Source: Fimbriosthenelais zetlandica (taxonomy: Eukaryota). From it: DNA of 64,000 nucleotides. The notes under the pieces are model-generated. The model did no database searches and had not been told where the DNA came from. It worked only from the letters and a program-made list of their open reading frames with translations. The stretch is from the NCBI GenBank assembly GCA_977030845.1, contig OZ365112.1, positions 21,018,001-21,082,000 on the forward strand, read 5' to 3'. The position numbers and the translations under genes are program-made. This document shows positions 11,344-22,091 of the stretch, piece after piece. Position 1 is the first letter of the stretch. Every line of letters begins with the position of its first letter.

Positions 11344-14300
11344 ATGGCTCGGATCTTGTTTCTTGCTCTTGCTCTGGCCCTTTGTGTGGCCATAGTTAGG
11401 TCCACCGAAGAAACTACTGTTACAGAAACTACATCGGATAAGGATGGTGACCGTAAGTTTTATCTTATTTGTATTGGTAATCGATTAATTTATTTCTTCT
11501 GAAGATAAATTATAATGTTTTTGGTTGAAAGATAAAGTTGATACTTCCTTTGAATAGAGAGACAAATCACCTTTGATGAAGGGTTGGATGAAGCCGAAAC
11601 AATTGATTAAAACTTTATCAAATTGTTGATCAGAGTTCGTATGGGTAATTCAAAAGTTCGTAATAGCGATACCAGAAGAATACTCTGAATGTGTGCAAAA
11701 GTTCTAATAATTTCGTCAAAACTATAAGGACGAAAATGGCTTAAATTAATAATATAAATGTTTTTTGTACATAAATGGCGTAATTATAGTACAAAAGCAT
11801 CATTTTTTAATAGCACAGATTAAGTAAAAAAGGTAGTTAAGTTCTGTATTAGCAAATCCTTCCCACTTAATATTATATAGAAGGTCACGTTATTCACGCA
11901 TTGAACTTTAATAGCACATTGCTTTCAATGTTAATAATAGTAAAGTACTTCGGATCACCAGGTATGTGACGATTTAATGAGCGCCCGGATTGCTTGTCAC
12001 CAAGTGACACAACTTTCGACTATAGGCTATGATTCCATCATTACATTTGGTGTTAATGAGGCTGAACAACTGGTTCAGAGGCATTTAAATATATTAATAC
12101 CAACTAATGTGCCTGTGAAATCGGCTGAGCAAAGCCATGGATCTAATATAAATATGAAAAGTTCAGCAATATCATTGCACTCGATTATTAGTAAAGGAAT
12201 AATTAAACGATGCACGCCATTATGTTATCGGCGCTTGTGATGATCCATGATTGGAACATTTAAAATGACACCCCCAAGTTATGAAAACCTATAAGAGAAG
12301 CAAACAAGAAAATTTAGATAAGGACTGTAAAATATAATGACGTGACACTTGCAGAGCATTGATAGTTGTCCTATTATAAATCAAACTACTGCGCGATGGT
12401 CGCGCTGTCTTGAGAACCATGATTCCACTCGGATGACTCGCTCATAAGAATAATGAAGTTTTATGACATAGAAAAGTTCACAAATTGAACTTCATCATGA
12501 GTGGCCTCTAAGGTTATGGGGCGGGAAAGATACATGTCCGCCATTTCAATCTCGCCTCAGGCGTGAAAATCCGTGGTCATGTCGATCACCTCTCACTTAC
12601 ACGTGCTCGACATACCGGAAGTTAATAATATGGCGATTATCACTACGTATATATATATATCGAAGTGATGTATCCCACCATGGCAGATACGTGACAGTAG
12701 TAATGATGCATCGTAATTACCATCCAATATTCAACATACATCTATGCTTAAAGCAACACTTTTAAAGAAAGTTTCAGCGTTTACGATTATCTTGATATCA
12801 TCTCGACTGAAGTTGATGGGAATGGATAAAAAATAAATTGTGAAGTTTTGCAGTCTTAGGAATAGCCTATGGAAAGTTATTAAAACAGAGGTCAACTTGT
12901 GTATGTGCTTGAATACATAAGTTCACACTACCGGCGTATAATTAATGCAAGACCCATTCCAGGAACTCTTATTCGAGTTCAGCATCTGTCTATTGTTCAC
13001 CAAAAGCTAACCCTTAGATCATTTATGTAATTCGATATGACTTATCACCTTTTCTCAACCTAACGGTATATACATTCTGGAAGAATTCATGCCTAGCAGC
13101 CTCAGCGTCTCGCGCACATTGATTTAAATCTAGCTTGCGCCTCAAGGTATATACAGCGACTATAGATGCATCCCCCTACGGCCATCCCAGCCATCGCTGT
13201 TGGTCATGTGACCGGACAGGTAATGAGTGAAGGAATGTGAATAGACATGCACATATATGGACATGAATGAGAGATCAATTGCCCGATAAATAGATGTCTC
13301 AATTCAGCGTAGCATTATTTCCTATAATGTCACAACGCCTTATTACTTCAAATGGGCCAACCATTATTGTTTTATAGATGCTCATCTTATTGCCTCTCGG
13401 ACATTGCTGTCCTCGAGGCACATATACTTCATGCATCAATATGAAAAATTTCTAGGCATTATTATTTGCAAACTGAATTTCTGCAAAGAGATTAATCGTC
13501 GATGAGGTACTTTGATTCTGCTGGCTTAAACACTCAATGGAATCAAGGAACTTATAAACTTTATTTGACGATATTTCCCATCAGACCTACACATTACTTT
13601 CCCACCAAGTCACCGGTACAGACAGGAAGTGGCTCATTGCTCGACCACCAGAGGTGGGAGAGGAGGGGATATAGCTGTCCTGCTGAGAGAGGCGGCGATT
13701 AAATGAATGTGTACCAGTTAGTTGAAGTGGTTATGTCTCCATAGCTTTCACAGACATACACGGTCACTGGTCGCTCAGAGTCAGGGAATATCCCCGACAT
13801 TTACATGCTATTATTGATATACGTGCACTCCCACACGAGCCACACATTTACTCATACTCTGGTCTAGACAGGTGTGAATGCCAAGTTTGATGGACAGGTT
13901 CATTTGACCTACCGGTATATATTGTTTTCATTTGTATGTAACAATTATTAAATTTTCAATGTAATTTTGTGACACAAGACATGCACACATTGCCAAAAGC
14001 ACATTTCAGTTTTATATATTGCCACACCGGAAATATAATGATTAAATCAAAGAATAAAACAACGTCTAAATGATATGTAAACTATTTTTCTTTTCAGATA
14101 AATCAATTCTCATTACGCAACATAAAGGCATGGATGATAAAGATGAAGAGGAAATGGAAAAGTATCGCCTTTATCAATACTACCGTTACCTCAGCAAATG
14201 GGCTGACATGGGAGAGAAATACCCCTCTCTGTCTCCCGCTCAGCTCTTCAACAAGGTGAGCAATGACAACGAGAATGAGATCCACAGCCGTTCCAAGAGA

Positions 14301-15149
14301 GACACATCAGGGTGGGGAAATACTGACGGTTACGACTCTTATAAAGAGTCCTATCCAGAACCATCTTATCAAGAAAATACTTATCAAGACAACAATGTCG
14401 CCGATAATCCATACATTACTAAATATCAGCAGCAGGCAGCAGAGGAACCACAACAAAGATACGAAGAGGAACAGCCTGAAGCAAAGTCATACCGTCTCGA
14501 TGATGGATATGGACATGGTGGGCATGGACATGGTGGACATGGTCACGGTGGTGGTGGTCATGGTCACGGCGGTGGTGGTCATCACGGAGGCGGCGGTTAC
14601 GGAGGACATGGAGGTGGTCATCATCAAGGTCATGGAGGTGGTCATCATGGTGGTGGTGGATATAGTAGTGGTGGTGGCGGCTACAGTGGTGGACACAGTG
14701 GCAATACGCACGGAAGTGATCATGGAGGATATGACTTTGGTGTGTCCGGGCAGGGTGACCATGGTGGTGAGGGCTCTCACCAAGGAGGCGGTCACTTTGA
14801 AGGGGGTGTAAAATGGCATGGAGGTCACCATGGTCAGGCTAGCGGTAAGGTTGGTGATCATGGACACTTCGGCAAACACTGGAAAGGTCAAAGCCAGGAT
14901 GGCTTCAAGAAGTCCGGACATGACAGCTACAAGCATCACGGACACAAAATCAAGACCTACTCCTACGGTGGACATGGTTGGTACAAGGAGCACCACCATG
15001 GAGAGATTCAAGGCCAGGGAGGCGCTGGTGGACACGGTCAGGGACACTCTGCTGGTCACAAACAGGGCAAGCACCATCACGAGTCCCACCCACACTCACA
15101 GCACCATGGCAGCTCTGGTGGCTGGAAGAAGTACAACGGATGGGATTAA
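11344..15149 (+). CDS. Secreted Gly/His-rich prepro-protein (386 aa; uncharacterised)
   Basis: Exon 1 11344-11452 (MARILFLALALALCVAIVRS signal peptide, then TEETTVTETTSDKDGD, donor C|gtaagt, phase 1). Exon 2 14098-15149 (acceptor tttttcttttcag, phase matches, stop TAA). Furin site RSKR at 14289-14300; GHGGHGHGG... domain from 14511; AATAAA at 15594. Confidence 0.88.
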
Positions 15150-15593
15150 ACTTGCTGTTCGCACGCTCGCTCCTGATCGCCACGACCCCGGCCTATGACT
15201 GAAGGAGAAACATCTCCTCGGATGGCCGGCATTCCTTTAGCAAGCAAATGTACATAAGATATCTCCACTCTATTTTTGTGATGCCATATTGAGCCCCAGT
15301 TGTATGCTTGACGAAGTAATTATGAGGATGAGTGATAATTAAGTAAAAATTGGATGTGCCACAAAAGCTCTGGGATCAAATCGAAACATATCATACATTA
15401 TGATTATTGATACAGTGGTTATTCATAGCTATATCCTTTAGATGAAAAAAGCTAAAATATTGAGAGTACAAAAATCAGGCCTCGTTTGAACAAGAAGGAC
15501 AAATTAGTATCCACTGTCTCATGAGTCTTACAGGCGCATTTTGTAGCATCCACCCTAACATTCTGATATGATGTAATCCTGTTATTTTGTTGA

Positions 15594-15599
15594 AATAAA
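15594..15599 (+). other. Polyadenylation signal of the Gly/His-rich gene
   Basis: AATAAA about 445 nt after the stop, followed by a GT-rich tract (tgttgtttttggtgt). Confidence 0.5.
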
Positions 15600-17031
15600 A
15601 AGGTTAGTGGAACTCCACTGTTGTTTTTGGTGTCATCTAAAATAAGTTATTCGGCATATATATTATTACATAGGCCTATTAATATATATATGAGGTATTT
15701 AAGCAGAGAGGGTCAATTCTGAATTATTTAGAGTCATGTAATTTAAATGTTGATGCAATGACTTTGTCACTAATTGAGATATTTGGTTTCCATAAGCTGT
15801 TAAAAATAAACTTACTCGTTGTGAACTCATATCATAAATTGGTAGTTGTCTTAATAATCTTTCAATTCTCCCTCATTTGTTCTATTTTGGATTATCAGAG
15901 AACATTAATTAGGCCTCATCTATTTGGCATTGCACAAAAAAATAGCATGAAAATATAGAAAGGCAAGAATAGACCTACTAGGACAGAAATGCAAGTAGTA
16001 TGAAAAGTGTGGAATATGTTCTGGCAACTAACGAAAGAAACCCGGATTGCCTGACTAAATCCACTGATGTTCAATCTACAGCCAAAGAAGACACTGCCAT
16101 ACTCCCCATGATCAGAGAAAGGCAAGAGAAGCCTTATTAGAACGCAGATCAATAAGCGAAACGTGCAGAATGAGTGATGCTCGCCCATGACCCAGCATGC
16201 ACGAAACGTCCAATGAATGTCAGTGAAACGTATACAAGGCAATACAAAGGTCGTGTAGGACGATTATATGCTGCCGGAAATCGGGAATTGTAGCTGAAAA
16301 TGTATCCAGGAAAAAAATGGGAAATTGATATGACAAATAATTTATGAGGTAATGAAGTATCCATGTCATTCATAGCTGTTATATGGTACATTTGAGAAAC
16401 GCGCTGTGTTGATTGGGTATACCTCGCATCACATGACTGGGTTCGGCAAGTACAGCCTCCATGAAATATTCAGCCAGTGCTGCAGACAGGTCTCAGAACA
16501 CCCATTCTCTCCATTCGTATTAAATATCAAGACCTGAATCAAAAAAGACTCATCCATTGAAATATACAGGATGATCAGCACTAATATACAGAAAACACCT
16601 CAGATGTGAAATCTCTGATTATTGACCCGACTTAGGCCTATTTCTGACAGACTGGATATCACATAGAGTGTAAACTCTAACAGAAACACTGTATCGAGAC
16701 CTGAAGCAGGAGGCTTTCAATGAAGAAGGGTGTATGCTTAGATTATCGAAGGAAGTGGTAAAGGATTAAGGCTGACTCATTAGATACACCTATATAGCAT
16801 CAATATTGCAGGTAGGTTCATATATCAAACAGCCATGCATGTCTAAGGTAGAAGTTAGTTCCAAACTTCATATTCATTCTCAAGCTAAAATTGCTATACA
16901 TGTACATTACTGAACAATTGCTAAAATAGTTGTTATAATGTGAAGCATGAACTATTCCAATGATATTGCTAGTAAAATACATATGAAAAAAAATCCCCTT
17001 TCTAAGGATAGATCCAGTGAGGTATATCAAC

Positions 17032-19059
17032 ATGGATGTTAAGGATGGAGACAAAGCTATGGCCACAAGGAGACCCAGCTCCCCGGCTAAGAGGAAAATT
17101 TCACCAGGCGGCAGATCAGCATCACCAGCGAAAAGGAATGTAACTCCAGTACAAAGGTTAGAGCCATTACCGTACCATACCGTACATGTGAGAGCTATAT
17201 TGGAATCAAGAGCAGTTATATTTAATATTAGAGAATTTAAATTGAATTTTGATTGCAGAAAAACATACGAAATTCACCAATATTCGTTATGAATGATGAA
17301 TATTATTATATACTTTTCATATAGGGTCTCATCACCAGGGGCAAGGAGAGCATCACCCACTTTCAGAATGCCACCAAGTTCTGTCATTAAAAGAAGCTCA
17401 GCAGCAGAATCACAAGAGCATCGGAGAAGCTCATGGGCTGACTTTACCCTGCTTCAGGAGATGCAAGCTGTAGCAGACCTAAACGCAACAGCCTTGGCTA
17501 AATATGAATATCTTGAAACTTTGGCAACCAATGTAGAACAGGTGTGCATCAATCTGGCAACAAAGAGGGAATCTCTGGAACGAGAACTGCTTGACTGGAA
17601 AAACATGCTCGTACAGAAAGTAGAAGGGTGCTACACACAGGTACTCAGCCAGTTGCTCGAAACTTTCGGCACGCTGGAAGATGAAGCACATCTTAACCAA
17701 GAGTACACCTCCAATATGCTCTGGTCCTCACACCAACTTTTTCAGACGGTTAAGGAGTCTCTGAACTCTCCTGATATAGATACACTTGAGTTACTAAGAA
17801 ACAGATTAAATAAGAAAATAACACAAATTGATGCTATAGACGAAGAAGAAATGATCATTCGGGACGAGACTGAGGATTGGAGGTATGTAAAACCTCATAT
17901 AGGTGATGATGATATTTGGATGCTCATCGGGCACTTTGATATGGGGATGAACAAATGTGATTCAACTGCAACTACTCCAGTGTCAACACCTTGTCTGGAT
18001 GCTGACTTACTTTCTATGTTTCAACCAGAGGAAAAAGCTTCAAACCTCAATATACTGAAACCAAGGAACCTTCCCGTTGTCAGCTTTGCAGTCAACAATG
18101 CTATTGATGAGAATTTAAATATTGGTCGGCCAGATATGAAAGTAGGCCTACAGGAGAGTCCATCAGCTCCACAGCTGGTGACATCTTTCCAAACTAGGTC
18201 CAAAAACGACACAAACAGATGTCATCCTTTATCCCTTGCTGTCAGTGCCGATGGAGACATTATTGTGCCAGACAAACACAACAAAAAGGTGAAGGTGTTT
18301 GATATGGATGGTGAACTGGTGAGGGAAATCACACATGAAAATCTTCATTCCCCAACGTATGTAGCCATCACACCTGATAATGACATTGCAGTCTGTGACA
18401 GAAAAGCCGGGGACATTAAACTTTTCAATATCCAAGGGATACTGTTGTCCACTGTTTCTAAACTGTTCAAATCTCCAGCGGGTATAGCATTCACATCGTC
18501 GGGAGATCTCCTCGTGGCTGACACAGGCAGAAAGGCCATCCACGTGGTTTCAATTCAGGCAGCCACTATCAAATCTACCATTAAGCACTTCACAACCCCA
18601 GTGCCCGGATCAAGGTGCATGGAAGAGGAATTGAGTCAGATGCAATGGCCCCATTGCATCAGTGTCAGCTCTGATGATGTCATCATTGCCTCAGACCGAT
18701 CTGGTGACATAATCCAGATGCTAGATCTTTCTGGAAGGGCCCTTGGACGTTATGGGGCAACTGGGACTGGAAGGAAAGGGCGGTTCCAGGGCCCATATGG
18801 CACTGTGGTGAGAGACAATGGTGAATTGTATGTGTGCGACTATGGCAATCACTGTTTGCAAGTGCTGTCACCTGGTGGTCAATGGAGAGAGCCATTGCTA
18901 ACAACCGATCATGGTTTACAGCATCCATCGGCTGTACAGTGGTTGGGAGCCAATAGACTTGCTATTTGTGAATATTATAGCGGACTGGTAAAGATATACC
19001 AGCTTCCAGACCAGAGATATGGTAGACATATTTCAAGGCCATCATCACCTGTCTATTAA
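17032..19059 (+). CDS. Coiled-coil + NHL-repeat (TRIM2/3/71-like) protein without RING or B-box (about 619 aa)
   Basis: Exon 17032-17156 (donor AG|gttaga, phase 2) joined to exon 17325-19059 (acceptor ttttcatatag). Helical coiled-coil region (about aa 75-220) and about six NHL blades, e.g. HPLSLAVSADGDIIVPDKHNKKVKVFD, SPTYVAITPDNDIAVCD, SPAGIAFTSSGDLLVADTG, GPYGTVVRDNGELYVCDYGNHCLQV. AATAAA at 19155. The start codon could be 17059 instead. Confidence 0.85.
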
Positions 19060-21237
19060 ATTCTATTCATATATGCCAATATTATTGTGGCACAAGACTG
19101 GAGCTATAGTCCATAAGCTTTGATTGTAGGTAGTAATATTTTTTTTTAAAGAAGAATAAAAAAAATAGAGAACTGGTAAAATGAGGCCGTAATCAAAAGG
19201 AACCATGTCAGCAGACAGATTTTACTATGTTGCTATGTTAATTAATATTGCATGCATGTAATATTAAAATGCTGAATTTTGTATACATACGCTATTAACT
19301 TATGGGCATATTCTTCCCTATCATGCTTAACATACCGGTACATCTATATGCCTATAGCTACACAAAAAGCAGCTTAGATGTGATTCACGGATACTTGGAC
19401 AAATCACTCAAATTAATTATCTTAATTGTAGCATTTTAAATAGTACCAGCTATGATTGTCATGGCTAAACTACAGTCCTTTTCTGCTAGCCTACAATAAT
19501 TATTATGTAACCTACCATATATCTATAGGCTCTTTATTATAATAGGCCTATACCGTAGGCCTACAGGGTCTTCTTAATTGGGTAGATTTCACTTTAGTTT
19601 GCCTTTTTTATTTTTAAATTAGGCCTACTTTAACGCGTGTAAAATATTAATAAAAGAATGCATAAATATTGTACGTATCAATCTTTAGCCTAGATAAATT
19701 TCATTATCATCGGCATAGTGACTATAATAGGACCTAGGAATAGGCCCTACCCGGAGATTTAAGGCGTTTCTTTTGATAGACCATATAACTATATAGGATA
19801 TTATAGTTTTATGGATAGAGCAATAGGCCTATAATTACCAACAAAGTTATTTTTTCATTTTTGACTGGGGTGTAGGGCCCCTAACTGTTCTCTAAACATC
19901 GTCTAAATGGGGCGGCGGGAAAATGTGAAAGCTATCCGGTTGCGCAACATTTGGTGTTTTTCTGTTAGGCCTAAACGTCTATTTCTGAAACCCCTATGTT
20001 CAACTTTTGTGTTAGAAGGGGGTAGCCTAAAGTACTGCAGAACTGTCCATGATTTGTCATTTTGAAATAAACATATATGTGAAAGAAATTTTGATTTCCT
20101 ATTGTGAAATTTGGTGCGCTCCTTGCAACAGTCGGCTTGCTCGACCGACTGAAGGCCATGTTAGATTGTGAGCCGTTTCTTGTCGTTACGCCCCAGGACT
20201 GAATTTTTAAATCAACCCCCATCGAAAAGGGTCCACAGGAAAAATCCCAATTTTCAGAAACAGAAACTTTATCTAATTTCTCAATGATTTAGCATGTGTT
20301 CAAAAAATGTCATCTTATTTATTTAATATGAGAAGATGTGAAATCACATGTATCCAAGGTGTACTGACAGTAAATAGAATCGCCAGAGCTGGGAGAAGCG
20401 AGAGGCTCCAGGCGGGGGGGATTGCTCACAACCAGAGAAGAAGTCCAGAACTACAATTATGGACTACCGGGTAGCCTAATTATATTCCTCTTGGCACAAT
20501 CAAATGCTATTGAAGTATAAGCATATATATGGGGTTTGTTTTTTTTTATTATTTTTTTTTTTTTTTTTATTATTATTGAAGTATGGAATTTAATCAGCAA
20601 AAGTGATCTTTTTCCCAAAGGTAGGGTACGTATAGGCTACAGGCCTAGCCGACTTCTGACAAGGATTAGCTAGGTCTAGGCCTATGCATAGGCCTAGGCT
20701 ACTCATGGTTATATGAAAGCAGTTTAAGATAAGGCTATATAGGCCTATGAAAGACGTTTAAGATAAAAATCAAAGCAAAGTAGGCCTAAGCGGCGTATAG
20801 TGATGTTTTGTTGTGGCTAGAATATATATGCGTTGAGGGAAATCGGCTTTGGCCTTAGGCCTTAGGCCTATGTTTTCCCGGGATAGTTTGTGTTAATAGC
20901 TAGGCATAGGCTAGCTTACATTGTTAGCCTAGCCCTACATAGTTGCCACAAATTAGGCCTACGGTAGGCCTAGTCTAAATGTGGTTGCCCAAATTCCCTG
21001 ACTTTTTAAAAATTTAATCACAAAATTCTCTGACATTGAAAATAACTTTTCCGCAATTTTTCCATCGCCTGTGTCGAGCCATTCGCATTAAAAAGTGCTA
21101 GGCCCTAGTAATAATATAGGCCTAAAGCCTAGGAAGTCTCTAAACTCTGGTTATAAAAGCTGTCAAACAGAGAATTAAAACCACACTTCACTTAAGGCAA
21201 TGTAGGCCTAACCTGTTTTTGAACCTTTTATGAATTT

Positions 21238-21305
21238 TTTCAATGGATAAAACGAAACCAGGCAGGCCGAAATATTTCAATGGATAAAACGAAACCAGGC
21301 AGGCC
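21238..21305. repeat. 37-bp period tandem duplication upstream of KANSL1
   Basis: TTTCAATGGATAAAACGAAACCAGGCAGGCC occurs at 21238 and 21275. Confidence 0.95.
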
Positions 21306-21374
21306 CCGCATTGGTAACTTAGCGGAAATCCCCTCGGTGCCTCTCGCTTCAATACCTGGTAGAGGGGGTACCGA

Positions 21375-21462
21375 CCAATTGACGCAATCCGTATTTAAAT
21401 GAGGTCGGCCCGCATTTTTGTTTTGTGGTCGCCCGACCAGCTAGCGCTTAGTGTCCGCCATT
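21375..21462 (+). promoter_or_regulatory. Probable KANSL1 promoter / first non-coding exon start
   Basis: CpG-rich patch with CCAAT (21375), TGACGCAA CRE/CEBP-like site (21380) and YY1-like CCGCCATT (21455). The coding exon has an acceptor at 21952 (ttttcccttacag), implying an upstream UTR exon. Confidence 0.45.
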
Positions 21463-22091
21463 ACGAAGAAAATTGTTTTCCTTCTATTCTCATCAACTAT
21501 GGACCAGAACCACCTTGAAATGGCCAGAGAAGAGACATAACTGGATGGATTTTCTCCACTATGAAATACAGGACTTGAAATTACATAGGAACTTAAGGAG
21601 AAGCGTCTAAAGAAAAGCAGGAATTGGGCGAGCCAGACCCTGTTTGTTGGTACGAGGGACGTGGCCCTATCACGTGGTACGTCAAGCTTTACTAATTTTT
21701 TGCGCATAAATGAGCTATTTCTCAAAATCAACCCCCCGATACAGACTATTTGGTGTATTACCTTTCCTAGAAGGCCGTTGTTGTGTCGTTAAGTGTCCGT
21801 CGTAGTTTGCATTTAGTGTGGAAATCTCCCATTGACTCCCCTCCCTGTCTCTTGGATTTATGTGGCCATTGAAGCCAGTCACGTGATTTAGTATTGTACT
21901 CATTTTGCGATATATCTATACTATCATACTGATTTTATTTTTTCCCTTACAGACCGGGTTGTCCCGGGCGGGTGACAGGCTACGTGAATAAAACCCCACC
22001 GTTTGGCAAAAGGTTTTGTGGAATGTGTTTAGTCGGGTTTGATTCCTGGTGCTAATGCATGTTCACTCCACAGCCGCTAAGGCTATGGTGC

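Noticed and set aside
14263-15202. Several long overlapping ORFs (14263-14811 +, 14818-15198 +, 14487-15095 -, others)
   Set aside because: Shadow frames of the GGT/GGA/CAT-rich Gly/His coding sequence, which lacks stops in alternative frames; no independent start or splice context.
20129-20151. CAGTCGG...CCGACTG 7-bp hairpin as a transposon end
   Set aside because: Too short, and no matching terminus or TSD identified; may be chance.
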